From NCBI RefSeq assembly GCF_009914755.1, contig NC_060930.1: a stretch of 64,000 nucleotides of DNA. The stretch is one strand, 5' to 3'. The position numbers and the translations under genes were made by a program. This DNA comes from the human T2T-CHM13v2.0 reference genome, Homo sapiens. Below the pieces are notes generated by a model that was not told the origin of the DNA, did no database searches, and saw only the letters and a list, made by a program, of their open reading frames with translations. Within the stretch, counting starts at the first letter, position 1, and each line of letters begins with the position of its first letter. Below are positions 1-15,370 of the stretch, piece after piece.

Positions 1-249
1 ATGTACTATGTTCTTTCCCATGTATACATAATATGATAAAGTTTAATTTATAAATTAGGCACAATAAAAGATGAACAATAATGATGAATAATAAAACAGA
101 GCAATTATAACAATGCACTACAATAAAAGTTATATGGATGTACTGTCTCTTCTTCTTTCTCTCTCTCTGTCTCTCAAGTTCTCACTGTAGTCTACCTTGG
201 GTAACTGAAAGCATGCAAAGTGAAAGCTCAGATAAGGGGATATTACTGT
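1..249 (+). mobile_element. MER44A/Tigger7-type TcMar-Tigger DNA transposon (right part)
   Basis: atgataaagtttaatttataaattaggcac...gtaactgaaa...gataagggga..tactgt terminal motif. Confidence 0.75.
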
Positions 250-295
250 GCAAGGTTTCAGATAGTAGAAAAGCTGTCATGCAAACTACAGAATG

Positions 296-460
296 ATAAA
301 TAATAGCTAACAGTTCTTGAAATATTAACTCATGACAGGTACGTTACTAAATGGATTACAAAATTTAAGCTTTTCCAATAATTCTATGGTGTAGGTACTA
401 TTATTATCCACTTGTTAAAGCTGAGAAACTTGAGGTTTAGAGGGAATAACTTAACCAATA
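296..460 (-). mobile_element. MIR fragment
   Basis: gtaggtactattattatccac..gagaaacttgaggtttagag MIR core. Confidence 0.65.
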
Positions 461-469
461 TTCAACTGA

Positions 470-1545
470 AAGAAAAAAACCTAGAATAGTCAAAACAATC
501 TTGAAAAAAAAAACGTTGGAGGACTCATAAAACCTGATTTCAAGATTTACTATAAATCTTTACTATACTGTAATCAAGATAGTGTGATACTGGCAAGAAG
601 CCAGACATGTAGATTAATGGAACAGGAGAGAGTCCATAAATAAATCTACAAAAGTCCCAATTTCAACAAAGGTGCCAAGGCAATTGAATAGATAAAGCTT
701 AATCTTTTCAACAAATAGTGATGAAACATCCATATGCAAAACAAAGCAAAAAACCCAACCCACACCTGGCATCTAAAACTATAAAACCTCTAGAAAAAAA
801 TGGAAAATCTTTCTGACCTTGGCAGATAAAATTTCTTAGAACACAAAAAGCAAGCTTCATAAAAGAAAAATTATAAATTAGATTCTATCAAAAATGAAAC
901 ACAGTTGAAAAAAATGTAAAGAAAAGCCACAGACTAGAAGAAAATACTTGCAACACATACCTGATAAAGAACATGCATCCAGAATTTATCAAGAATTCTC
1001 TAAACTCAACAATAGAAAAACAAAAATCCCAACATCAAAAATGGGCAAAACATTTGAACAGACAATTCACTAAAGAAAATACAGAGATAGGAACTCAGCA
1101 TACACAAAAACGCTCAAAATCATTTGTTATTAGGGAAATGCCAGTTAAAACCACAATAACTCACATTATTAGAATGGCTAAAAAAAATTTAAATGGACAA
1201 AATTGAGTACTGGTAAAGATGTAGAGCAACTGGAACTCCCACACATTGCTGGTGGGAATGCAAAACAGTGCAACCACTTTGGAAAACAGTTTGCCAGCTT
1301 CTTGTAAAGTTAAATATATACTCACCATGTGACCCCGGAGCCCCACTCATATGCATTTACCCCCAGCAAAACGAAAATACGTCTATACAAAGGCAAATGT
1401 TCACAGAAGCTTGATTCATAGTCACCAAAAAGTTGGAAACAACACAAGGTCATTCAACTTGTAAGTGGATAAACAAATCATATTTCATCCACACAGTAGA
1501 ATACTATTCAGCAATAAAAAGGAAGAAATAACTGATATAAACAGT
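470..1545 (+). mobile_element. Old L1M (L1ME/MD-like) ORF2 3' end fragment
   Basis: Degenerate L1 ORF2 3' motifs (acaatcttgaaaa..ggaggactc..cctgatttcaag; atgggcaaaacatttgaacagac; gtagagcaactggaactc). Confidence 0.85.
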
Positions 1546-2225
1546 GTGTCACTACAGTAACAGTTTTTTAACCTTCATTTCCCTTACAGTCAGTTCTTCA
1601 AAGCATCCTTGCTGCCATTATATTTGTCATCATACTATTAAGTAGATTGCAACCTGCATCTTTATAATCACTTATATTTTCCAGAACAAATAGGCTAGTT
1701 GCCTGAATTGTATTGCATAAATATTCTGGTCTCCAGGACAGGATTCAGACGATGCACCCTAATCATCAGCAACACATTCACAAATTCCAACCCACCAGCC
1801 TGATGGCATCGTTTAGGTATTGATTTTTGCAAGTTTTTATTTCAGAACGTGAACTTATCTTAGATGTATCTTCAAATTCAAATGTCATCTTACTGTAACC
1901 CTAAATGTTGGAAAAAAGTATGAGATGGAGTCCCTGCCACTGTCTAATCAGGGGGACAGAATTCATAACTTATCTCAGAAGAAATCAATTTCAGGTCATT
2001 TTATTCTTTGCAATAAAGTTGATTGATTAAATAATTTAATTGCTATTATTTTAATACTGTTTTATAATAAAATTGGTATTCCAGGTAAAAATTATTCAAT
2101 ATGTGCCCAACTTCTCATAAGTAAAAGATGGACTATGTGGTATTACATATGATTTATGATCCATATAGCTCAGAATAGCCTCTTTTTACAAAAATAAAAG
2201 TATAATTTTCTATCTAAATCCACTT

Positions 2226-2560
2226 GAGGTAGATTATTATTTTGGTGGCACCCAATGAATCACTCCTCCTGGGATGCATGCCTTTGTGTATTTCCCTCCC
2301 ACGTTGACTCTGGAAATGGTCATGTGAGTAGCAGAGGCTTGGTAAGTGCTCGCATACTGGGCCTTATCCACTTGGAATTGTTCACTGTGGGAATTCTTTT
2401 TTTTTTTTTTTTTTTTTTTGCTACCTAGCCACCATGATGTCACAAAGCTCAAGAAGCCATATAGAAAGGCACAAATAGAAAAGAACCCTTCTCTTCTTTC
2501 TTCCTGCTATCTTCATCCAGTCATGGTAGTGAACCAGATTGGACCATTCAGACAACAGTG
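2226..2560 (+). mobile_element. MLT1-type (ERVL-MaLR) LTR fragment
   Basis: cacccaatgaatcactcctcc..ccctcccacgttgactctgg..ggtcatgtga motif typical of MLT1H/I-like LTRs. Confidence 0.5.
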
Positions 2561-2568
2561 CCCTAACA

Positions 2569-3387
<819 letters not shown>

Positions 3388-4155
3388 GCAATGGAATAAA
3401 CTCCAGGAAGGAACCCAGGTGCCAGAATAGTTTCCTTCAGGGTAGGGCACAGCCCTGTGCCAACCTAGGACACTCATTAAGGACTACGTTAAAGAATATC
3501 CTGGGGTCTCTATTGCAAGAATGTATCCCTACTAGGGTCTTGAGAGAGAGGACTTCCCAGGCATGGAGGCCCAGGCCTATTTAGCTGATTCAAAACCCAG
3601 ATCCATCCCCTGGTCTCTCACTGTCTGATTTCTTGTTTCACTCCCAAATGACCATCACGTAAGCCAGAGAAAGCTCCTTCCACCACAGAACCCACCCCTG
3701 GCTTCTTTAAGCTGTGAAGTCCAGATCAAACACATCTCCAGCTCAAAAAAGGAAGAAATCACAGCTCTGTCCCAAATAAGGACCTTTTTCTCCGAGGCTT
3801 TATCCTCTGCCCCAATATTAAGGTCTGGTCTCCCCCACTACTCATGATAACCATTACCCTCATCCACAAGGGTGTGATCTGACCCTGAAGCCCGCAAAAG
3901 ACAGTCATTTAACAATTGACACCAATATATTAACCAACGTTCAAGCCATACAGTCTTTACCAGAGTCACTGTGTTAAATATCCACAAAGATAAATAATCA
4001 CAGCATTGACAAAGGCCAAATTAGTGATACAACTTATTCTGTGCTATCAGACTGCAATGATGGCAAAGATAAAGTGATACGTTTCTGTTTTTCATGACAC
4101 TGAAGGAACTTAGTGTACCCAGATCAACATTTATGTAAAGAAATAGAACAGACTC

Positions 4156-4500
<345 letters not shown>

Positions 4501-4504
4501 AGTA

Positions 4505-4705
4505 CAATCCATATCTGGGTTCAAAATGATGCTACTTTTACTAGCACTGACCTTGGGGAATGTACTTAAACCTTTGCTACTCAGTGTCTTCATCTATGAA
4601 GTGGGGATAATAGGTTCTCCCACGTAGGGTTATGAGGATTTAGTGGGTTAATATTTTTAAGGGGCTTAAAACAGTGCCCGGAACATACTGTAAGTATTTG
4701 TTAAA
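4505..4705 (+). mobile_element. MIR
   Basis: tgggttcaaa..tgaccttgggg..ctcagtgtcttcatctatgaagtggggataatag. Confidence 0.75.
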
Positions 4706-7700
4706 TACATTACACTGTGTGAATGTGTGTGTGTTTGTGTGGACTGGGTTGTGATCAAAGTTTGGAAAAACTCAAAGGTAAAGGAAGTGAGACCCAAACC
4801 TAACTTCAGTAGACAGAAAGAACACAGCTAAGCCAAAGAGGTGTGTGTGGGGGGTGGGGGCACTTTCTAGGGTAGGAATCACAGAATGTGGGGGTCTGGA
4901 TTTAAGCCTCTCCTTCCACAGTTTGGGGAGCTAACAAGATGGGGGAGGGGAACATTAAAGAGGAGAGAAAGTTGTTGTTTTACTTTACGTAGAATTCTTT
5001 TGTACTCAAATCCCCTTTGTCAGGGCCCAGATGTTTTAAAAATGATGCCAAGCTGTGATAAAAACAGACGCACATGCAGGAAACAGAGCACATCCAGCAA
5101 GGAAGACTGTTGGGTAATTCAGTTTATTAACGACACGTTCTATGTGGTAACTATTTGCAGATGATCATAAAATATATCCCCGACAGTCATTTCTTTTGGT
5201 TGTTATTGTTTTCAAAGTTTCATCTCTAAAATCTCTTAAAACCACTTGCCCAGCTGGGCTGAAAACAACTTACAATCAGACAATTATTTAACCCTAAGCA
5301 GGCATAAGGAGGAAGGACAATATGGTTTGAAGGTTTCTGCTCCTATATGTTGGAACCCAGCACAAAGAGGGATGCTTGCTACTTCCAAGAACCTGCACAA
5401 ATAATTTGGATCATGATGAGATCACTCTGAATTGGTTATGCCCATCTAACTTAGATCATTGGATAAAATTTCGAACCCAAGAATCTTGACATGAGAGCTC
5501 ACCTGATGATGCTTAATTGATGATATATTACCATCCAATGCCACCTGACTTATTCCTGAACAGGAGCAGGACTGGCAGGGAGGTGGGGGTAATAAAGGTG
5601 GAGGCCGATTATATTCAACTGTACTTAATCTCAGTGGCAGTGAAAGGGCCCTTCATTTGAATCAATTAAAAAAAACCTGCAGGGAAGAACGAGACCTTAA
5701 GGAGTCTTAAAATATCATCAGTGATAAAATATCATCAGTCAAGTGGGCTGTAGGTAATATGCTATTATCAACCCCCAGTCTATAGATGAACCAACCAAAC
5801 CAAAAGAGATTAAGCAACTTGGACGGTGAAGCTAATAAAAGGGAAGGGAATATAGTGACCAAACCCAAGAAGCCCAGAGTGTTCTCGGTGCTGTATCGCT
5901 TGGGGCTTTCCTCATCTTTGTTTCTATTATTCAAGAATATAGTGTGTGTTACAAGTCAGGTATCAAATGTGTAAATAGGTATCGTGCCTGAAAGAAATAT
6001 GTCCCGATGACCTGTAGGACTGGATTGTCTGAATTACAGTCCTTGCGACTGAATCCAGTTGGCGTGATGTAAGCATAAACGCACTCCACGTTTCATGAAT
6101 AAGCTTAACGATAACAGAAAATACTTTCCTTCAGATTGCCTGGTGATTAAGGTAGTGGACATCTACCAAGCTCACGCTTAGGGAGGACGAACAACAGGTT
6201 TATCAACACTATACTTCACGGAGTGTCAGTCATGAGGTTTTCATGGAGAAGCCAGTTGTTTTGTTTGTTTTCTTAATGACATATTTTCATGTAGTTGGGA
6301 AGGAGTGTGCCCATTCAGAGCTTGACTATGACACCAGGAAGTAGAGCATTAGAGTGAAACCCATGAGACAATGACCTTAAGTACAGGTGGTTGCCACAGT
6401 GTCTATTATTAGGATCAGTGAAATACACTCAGAAGTCGTGTTGCAAGATGGCAGGATGGAAGGCCAGTTTCCCCTGACAAAGTGCAAAGGCATGCTATAA
6501 ACACTTGCATGAACAAACAGCCTTTGCAGCAACCACAACCAGGAGGAAAATTAGAGGACATTTTCCACAACAAAAGCAGTATTGTTTTCCTGTGGTCACT
6601 CTGAAATTCATCCTTTGTTGCAGAAGACGCTGAGGCTCCATCATGGAACTGTGGCATCCCACCCAGCATTCTCCCTGTGGGCCGAAGTGATGGGATAAAT
6701 TGATTCACAGCGAACTGTTCCTTCTGGCTAGGGATCCCACATCTTCAGTTCAATAGGAAAGAGTTCTCCAAAGAACAATGAGGTATAGTGGGCCAAGCCG
6801 ATCAAGCAGACGTGGTACATCCAATTCTTTCTCAGGGGCTGGGACCCTGGCTGACCTAAGCCAGGACGACTACCTCTGGGCTCCCATTTCCTCATCTTCA
6901 TGGTGGGGCTCCCCATGCCGGTCCTTAGTAACGATATTTTTACTATATATATGCATATAGCTCTTCCATAAGGCTTCTCCTAATTTTTATTTTTTAAGGT
7001 ATGGAAGCCAAAACCTGTTTGCTAAGGGAAATGAAAAGCTTACAAGAAAACACATTTTGGTTGTGTAACAGACACGGACGATGCCAGACAACTGTCTGGG
7101 TTCATGTAAAGTCAGAGGGGGAATTACACAAACAGGGATAACAGGGAATCTCGGTAAAGCCTCCTGCCGGAGAGGCCTCCATCATCCTATGACTCCACAA
7201 ATGCTCTCTCCCCACCCACTCCCGCCCCCAGTTGGGAGGTGAGTCATCTCTGCCGTTTCATCAAGGTGTGCCTAGACTGATTTTTGCCTTCTCGGTATCA
7301 AAGTACATGTGATTCAAGAACATTTGTTAATTCAACAAGGATGTGTATGAATCTCTTAAGTTCTCTGGCAGAATGGGATGGGGCATAAAAAAGTAATACT
7401 ATTATAATTTAGTAAGCTCTAACAACATGCTAGACACCGAGGGTATAAAAGGTGAATAAGACCTGGACCCAGGTTTCAAGGGGCTCAAGATCTAGTGAGA
7501 AGCCCGACAGGTGAACAGATCACACAGGGTCAACACTACACTAGAAGTAGCCACAGAGTGTGCAGAAGACACAAGACATTGCCTACAATCCAAAGGCATG
7601 TTTATGCCATTTCTGCCATCTGTTTTTGGACCGGCAGAAATTCTTGAGAAAAGCATGTGGTTTTCAGAGGGTCCCCACCCTATCCCCCTTTACCTGGTCA

Positions 7701-8630
7701 GGTAAAAATGAAAGAAAATAATACAGGTGGAGTTCTGAGTGACACGATTTGCTGTAAGTTCAGTTAAGCTAGGAAAGCTCATTTCTAAAGAACTTCCTGT
7801 AAACAAGGTCCATGACTGTCTCCAGCTCATGATGAATAAATGAAATAATTGATCGCAACAGACACGTTGCCTCAAAGAAAGTGTCTCACACAATAATATG
7901 TCTTTTATTTTTCCTGTTCTGGGGTGTGGTTAGGTTGACTTTCCCTTGGTTAAGGGACTTTTGAGTCTGACTACAAAAGGTTAAGTGCAGTTGCAAAGTT
8001 GAAAGGACCCAGACAGGAAGTATTTGCTATTTGATAGGTAAAAAGAAAATCCCTTGATGTTACAAAATTAAAACAAAACAAAACAAATCAAAACCTGGGT
8101 GAAAACATTTTTAGCTCATGAGCTTGAATTTTAAATCTTATGATGATCTCCTCCTTTCCAATACTTTCTCATCCGCAGATATGGTATAAAATTCAATTAC
8201 AATAGAAGATAGTACGTGCTGCTTTACTTGCCACCTCATTTCCAATCCAGAATACTGGATGCATTTTGTGAAACAAAGCCATAGGAATACAGAAATGTTC
8301 ATTTCATTCTCCTTTTAAGCGCCAGCCATTGAGACCTTCCAACTACTTATAGATCGAGATATTGAACTCTGCAAAATGGTTTTCTTTGCTGTGATTTCTT
8401 TGCTATGTTTTCATCTGCTTAGAAGGATGAAAAACTCACCACTTTCCTTCTCTCTCAGATTTTAATAGATTAATTCAAAAACTCAATCTGAAAACGAGCT
8501 TTGAAATTTAAACCTGAACCTCTCCAGTAGAGAAAAGGTAGAGCCAGAGGAAGACAGACCTGGGAGAGGAGGAGAGACCTTCCCATTCCCAGTATTCTCC
8601 CAAGTTCAGTTCACTGGCATTCCTTTTTCT

Positions 8631-8916
8631 TTTTATTCAATTTTAATTTTTAATTTTTGTGGGTACATAGTAGATGCCTATATTTATGGGGTATATGAGA
8701 TGTTTTGATACAGGCATGCAATGTGTAATAATCCAATCATGGAGAATGGGATATCCATCCCCTCAAGCATTTATCCTTTGTGTTACAAATAATCCAATTA
8801 TACTCTTTTAGTTATTTTGAAATGTACAATTAAATTATTATTGACTATCATCACCTTCTTGTGCTACTAAATTGTAGGTCTTATTCATTGTTTCTAACTA
8901 ATTTTTTTTGTACCCT
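8631..8916 (-). mobile_element. L1MA (L1MA2/3-like) 3' end
   Basis: L1MA 3'UTR in reverse with T-rich tail; TSD tggca(t/c)tcctttttct at 8615-8630/8917-8932. Confidence 0.85.
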
Positions 8917-9149
8917 TGGCACTCCTTTTTCTGAAAAAATAAATCAGTTAGAAACAGGTGATGAAATTACAGAACTGATTAAGACATAATGACCAACAGT
9001 CCTTTTCAAATTGGGGCAGAAGTAGAAGAAAGAAGGAGGTGGGAACACCTCAGGTTTGTTACTGCTGACTCTACAGTCGCTTTATTGTGTGCGCTCAAGA
9101 ATAATGAGAAAGGACAGTTGGGGGAAATGTGACAAATTGGAAAATAATA

Positions 9150-9380
9150 AGAACTAATGCAGTACGAAGTGCTTGCTTCATACCAGCACTCTTCTAGCAC
9201 TCCATACTTATTAACTCATTTACTTCTTACAATCCTGTGAGACTGGGAGGATTATTAACCACGCTTCACATGAGGAAATGAAGCACAGAGAGGTCAAGTA
9301 ACCTACAAAAGACACACAGCTAGCAAGCTTATCTGGCTCCAGCGTGTGTATTTGGCAGTGTGGCTCCAGAATCTGCTTTT
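9150..9380 (-). mobile_element. MIR
   Basis: cacatgaggaaatgaagcacagagaggtcaagtaacct..cacacagctag. Confidence 0.7.
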
Positions 9381-10924
9381 GGTTTTGTTTCTTAAACACT
9401 AGCCAGCATTGCCTCTTTATATTTTAGTACCTACTTCACAAGAAATTATCAAGTTGCATATGCATAGTAGCACGAAGAGGGAAATTAGCAGGGAGATTCA
9501 AGGAAGTTAAAATAGGAAGTGGCTGAGGCAAGAAGCACCACCAATTTAAGGACTCAGGGGCTGGTCACAGATTGTCCAGGGCTGCCCGTTCAGATAGTCA
9601 GGAAACAACCTCGAGGCAGAGCTTCTAAGATCTTATTTCCTCCGAGCTGGAAAGCAACATGGTGTGTCCCCAGGGAGTCTCCTTTGGGAAATCAGCCATC
9701 CGCATAGGGTGGCCTGTCCTGCTCCAGGCTCCCTAAGTCACACTCCTTCAAGCTCAGGAGCTGGACGATCCCGGAGCTTGCCTGTTCCCACCCTGCCTTC
9801 AGCTTTTGCTATTGGACCATTTCTTCCAGAGCAGCACCCACATCAGAATCTGCACTGAGCCCCTCTGCTTCTCTTTCCACCTTTCTTATTTTTGCTCTCC
9901 TGGGAATACATGTCCCTCTCACTTCATGGAACAACCAACCGTCAGCTTTGGAAAGGGCCAGGGTGATGATCCAGCTAGGGGTGGGGGTTATTGAAAAGGA
10001 CCATGTGCCCAACTGGGGAGGGGAGAGCACAGGAGATTCTGGTATTGCTCCAAAAGGGGTGTCTTTTTTTAATGTTTAGAGATGATATTCTGGCTCCATT
10101 CTTTCATTGGGTAGCCAGGAGGCTGCAACCTGGAGCAGGGAAATGACTTAAGAATGGGTCATACAGCTAGTAAGAGGCAGATGGTAAACTCAGACACAGA
10201 TCGGCTGCCCTGGGGCTCACTGCATCTGTGCCCACCACTCACCCAAGGGCAGTGCCCTCATCCTCCATGGGCTCTTTTTCCTCCTGGACCTGCATGGAGA
10301 CAGTCATCAGGGAGTGTTTCTGGCGAATTCTGCCTTCAACCTTCACTCTCTTAGACCATAAATCACCTTTTAACAGGTAAAAGATCAAAAGTTGCTGATC
10401 TCACCCTGTGCCAGATGCTTATTTCTAGCTTGCTTTTCTGTTCCACCCCCGACCTGGCTACAAATCTTCCTCCTGTAGTCTTCCTTTCATTGTCCTCTCC
10501 ATTTCTCTCTGCATTGGATGTTTTGCATCTAGCTCTTGTGAGCTCTCAGGCTGCCCATGGGGATGTAGGCCGGAACTATGTTCACCGCACCTGCTTCTTC
10601 ACTGCTGGCTTTTCACAGCCTGCCTTTGGAGGTCTGATCCCACACCCTACTTTCCATTGTCCAAGAGGTTAATGGGCGGGTTGTGTGCTAACGCAGTGTC
10701 CCTGCTGGTGGCCCATGAAGTCCAAGCTGGCTGCATTCTGCATCTAGCCAGCCAGCCCCTCAGTATCCACATGGAATAACTAAGCAGTTTATCTTGATGT
10801 TCTCCCCAGACTCCTCCCTCATAGGCCCAGGTAGATCTACCTTCAACTCTCCTGTTTCCTTCCCTACGGAGATGTTCAGACATAAAAGGAGCCTCCACAC
10901 AGCCACCATTTCATTCAAAACAAG

Positions 10925-11165
10925 ATGCTAATAACTACCCTTTATTCAATATTCACTATGTGACAGGAATCTTCATAGGTTCTTTGTATATGTGATCTCA
11001 AACTTCATAAGAAACCTTCGAGAGGTGATTATCATCAGCATTTTGCAGATGAGGAAGCTGAGTGGTTTTAAGCAATTTGTCCTCTCTCAGATATAAAATG
11101 CTGAAGTTGGGGCTGCAACCCAGGTCTGTTGTGGACAACACTGCCCAACCTCTTTCCACCACAGC
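10925..11165 (-). mobile_element. MIR
   Basis: attttgcagatgaggaagctgag..aagcaatttgtcc..aacccaggtctg. Confidence 0.65.
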
Positions 11166-12923
11166 ATCCATGTCTTTGGCCTGATGTTATATTTTGTTCT
11201 AATTTCAGGCATTATCCTGGGACAGCCTTCTAGTGAATGAATGTGCCATGCTATTTCGGTATGGGGTTCTGTTTCCTCTACCTCTCAGTGGCATCTGCTC
11301 ACATGTCTTGCCCTGAGTGGTACTCTGCCGTGCCCTGCCACCCTTCACACCCAGCAAGGTTCTTCTTTCCGCTGCTAGCTTGGGCCTTCCTTCTTTTGTC
11401 CTTCAGTTTGTCTAGAGGAAGTCATTAAAACTGACCCAAGACTAGGAACTTCCTTCTCTGCTCTTGCTCTCCCCTCTCTCCCCACTGAGTTTTGTTTTCT
11501 GCACTGATGGGGTTGTCTCAAGCCTTTTTCTTCCTCTTCGAGCTTGAAATTCAGGCTCTCTTCTCAGGTACTTCAGTGCAAAATCAGCTCCTGAAAGCTG
11601 TTGCTCTGGCTCATGATCAGCACCACAGTTTGCCTTTTTGCCTACTGGTTTCTATTCTGCCATCATTAAACAATATTTGCCGGACAATTCTCCTTCCAAT
11701 TAAATCTCTCCTGTCCCTCCCAGGCAACTGACAACTTAGCTTGAATCTCACTGCTAGTAGTTCGTGGGACCAGGAGTGTGGGCAACGTTTTTCAGGCAGG
11801 AGCAGGGCTGAGACTTTGTCAAAAGCAACCAGGCTTGTTAAGAACAGAACACTGACCAGAATCTCAGTGTGAGACAGAGTACGGTTTTGCTTAGGGTCTA
11901 GTAGTTTATCCATTACATCAGAAGTTCCCAAACTTCTCTTCAAAAGTGGAACTGAGACGGAGTTTTACTAAAATAAGATAATAGTGATCTTCTAATTTAC
12001 AGAGGGGGGAAAGAAAATAAGTAGACTTTTATCACTTTTATTTGTTTCACTAAATTTTCTAAACTTTCATGGTATCTTCTACTGTTTATCTGAAAAAAAT
12101 TAATAACTTACATCAAAATATCAGAATTTACATCTTTAAATATTTGATGGACTCTTACTTTTTTGACTATTTTGCATGTATGCATATATAATTAAATGAC
12201 AGTTTCTACTGGTAAAATTACTACTTCCTGCAATGGAATTCATTATATCAATATTTAATTTCATGATTTTCCCATCAGAACCATGAGACTACATTTCCTA
12301 AAGGGAATGGTGGCTGGGGGAGAGGCACCTAAGCCTTCTGCTTCCTCATTAGATCATTCAAATGCAAGATCAGCCTTGGGCAGTTTGGAGCAGAGCACCT
12401 TCCCTGGCTGCCAAGGGTATGAAGCTTCCTCTGTGTTGCAAGGGGAGTATCTACCCAGGGTGGGAGGAGACACCCTGGAGGAGCCGATGTAGGAAAAGGA
12501 ACCCAGAGCTGGCTCCCTGGAGACTGTGCCACTCCTCCTGCACTGTTACCCCTTCTGCTCCAAGTTTGGATTTACCTTGTGCTTGATGCCTTCCCTACAT
12601 TTTATCCCATGAGGTTTCCCCAGATGAGGATTTCATTCAGCTCCCGCTCATTGAAATGCTGGGCTGTTCTCGAAAGAGGAAGAGGTGGCATGTCGCTGTG
12701 ATGGGCCAGCACTCTGGGCCCTACAGGTTGAAATCTCCTACTCACGTTCCATGACGCCAACACCTCTGGCATAAAAGTGGAGAGAGCAAATAACAGTTGC
12801 CTGGGAACACAGAGTGTTTTGATGTTTTGTGGGTAGACTTCTTTAGTGAGTTACAATGATATTGAAAATGTTCACAAAATAACCACCTTTTCTTGCAGCC
12901 AACAGTGAAAAGGCAAAGGCCTC

Positions 12924-14526
12924 TGGCAGATTTCAAGGCTGAGGTTTCCAGGTATGTTTTATTCATGTGCAAATCTGACCACACCTGCCATCTGTCACCA
13001 GGCAGGAAAGGAACATGATGAAGTGGTACCCAGGAATGCTTCCCATTTAGGCCTCCATTACTAGGTTCTCCCTGTCTTGCAGAAATACCCAACTTGTTTG
13101 CAAACCTACTTGATAGCAAATTGTCTCTTCTTCCGGCGGTATGAAAAATGAGAAAGGTCACCCACTGATTTCAGTAGTGAAACTTCTGCTCACGGAAGGC
13201 CAGGCGTGTGGTGTGGTGGGCAGCATGCAGACAAGCAGGAAGCCATGTGTCATAAAATTACTTGTCCTTCACGAAGCCGGAGGTGCGTGGTCACTTGCCT
13301 TGAGGGGCAGTGCACTCTCTGCCCAACTAACTCAGCAAGATCTTCCTGAAACTCTGAAGCAAGGCCTGTGATGGGTGCTGCCTCTCCTGTAGGGCTAAGA
13401 GAGCAGCTTAATTTGGCTGGAGGAAGAAGAGACCAAGGGTCTGAGAAAAGAGCATGGCCAGATCATGCTCTTGTGTGCACGAGAACTACCTAGTGTGATG
13501 CTCACAATATCCCCTTCCCCAGTTCTCACTTCATTGATAGGGGCCAAAGTCTTGGAATTTTGCAAACCAAACCCAGCAGGTTGGAATGGGCAGCCAGCAC
13601 TGAGAACCACTTGCCCGGTGTCCTGATCTCTTGGACACATTGCTCAAAGCCTCACTCAGAAGCATGGTGGCCCTGTTAAGAGCAACGCAAAAGCACCTCT
13701 TGTCACTCATTTGGCGGCAGAGACCATGTCCCCAATGCCTCATGTTAAACATGTGCTCTCGGTACAGTGCAGCCTTTAAGGGAGATGAAGCCTGGATTGT
13801 GAGAAAGGCTCAACACAGCCACTCACTGGGCTGGTGCACAGAACGGGACACAAAAGACCTTCAGCTCAGAGACTCAGAGAGAAAGCTCACAGTCCCCAGG
13901 CAAGTTGCTTAACATCTCTGGTCTCATCATCCTTACTGTAAAATAGAGTGTTGGACACACAAGACAATCTCCAAACTCCTTCGAGCTTTAACAATGTGTA
14001 AGTTTATGGTTTTTCATCCCATGCGTCTGATCATTTCAATCTGTACTAACCTGTTCTTTCCACCTACAAAATAGAAATGAAATACATCAGCTCCAGAAAG
14101 ACTGATGTATAAATACTTAGTTGTAAGTGCCAAAAGATTTTAAAGTTCTCTTTGTGGCTACATTTCATCTTGAATGTATAAGTTGAAGCAAATCAAGTCT
14201 GGTCAAGGCTTACATTGGAGAAAGATAATGTGAGACTCAGCCCTGCTTTGACATGCCTAAGAATGGCATGTTCTGAGGAAGGGATATGTGGCCAGGGCAC
14301 ATTTTGTTTCTCTTTTTGAGCCTTAAGGAAGGTATATTAATACTGATTCCTGAAAGAACCTGTTAAGCGCTTCCTGATGTAATTCACCTGAGAAATTGCT
14401 AAAGAATATGAACTTCCTATGGCAGATTTCAAGGCTGGGGTTTCCAGGTATGTTTTATTCACGTGCAAATCTGACCATACCTGCCATCGGTCACCAAGCA
14501 GGAAAGGAACATGATGAAGTGGTACC
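12924..14526 (+). repeat. 107-bp dispersed direct repeat (12924-13030 and 14420-14526)
   Basis: Ungapped, 102/107 identical; 1496 bp apart. Confidence 0.95.
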
Positions 14527-14984
14527 AAAAGCCCTAGGAATTTAAAATTTGCCAAAGTGCAACTGTTAGTTTTCCTTCCTGTCTATGGACATGAATTTCC
14601 TTTCTGACTAATTTCTTCGTAGAAAGAGTAATTAGCTTTATTACTAACATTACCTCTGTTACTACCTTTACGCAAATTATTAACAGCCAGCTACAGCTTA
14701 ACAGTAATACTTAACAGTATTACGAGTACGTGAACTTTACCTCCCTAAAACACTCGTGATTGATAAACTGATAGATGGATAGATAGATATACACAGGTAT
14801 GTATATACGTGTGGATATATATGGTTTTAAATGTGAACACACAAACACCATCATCAGCAGCAGCAGCAGCTATTCATTTTGTTGAGCACCTGTCACAATC
14901 CCTGTGCTTGTGGAGGTAGCAATTTAATGAGAGAGCAAATACAGAATATCCATCAAAAGAGGTGAATAGCCCTGTATAGCATAA

Positions 14985-15370
14985 ACTGGCAGTTCTTAAA
15001 GTGTGGTTCAGAGACCTCTGGGGGACACTGAGACTCCCAGGGAGTCCAGTAAGGAAAAAATATTTTTATAATAATACCTAATGATATATAATTATGTTAT
15101 TTGCTTTTAATTTGCATTTCTCGTGAGTGTACAGTGGACTTTTCTAGAGGTGACATGATCTGTGATATTGCATTGAATGCAGAAGCAGACCAGGAGTCCA
15201 GCTTTCTCTTATGAAGCCATAATTATTAGGCTATTTTCATTTACTAAAAGTGAAAAAAGAATGCCACTCTTCTCACTCATATTTTGGTTCTGAAATATTT
15301 TTTCATTTCAAATATGCTAACAATGTTAATATGCAATGAGCTTATTTTTTAATGAATTAATAAAAGTATA
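14985..15370 (+). mobile_element. hAT-Charlie family DNA transposon fragment
   Basis: cagttcttaaagtgtggttcagagacctctgggg end and tgaatgcagaagcaga..tccagct internal motif; subfamily not assigned. Confidence 0.5.

Noticed and set aside
6728-6916. Minus ORF ending ...FFGELFPIELKMWDP resembling the RNF213 C-terminal FPEEILL
   Set aside because: A better-placed C-terminal remnant lies at 21415-22140 directly after the preceding motifs; this one is 15 kb away and probably chance
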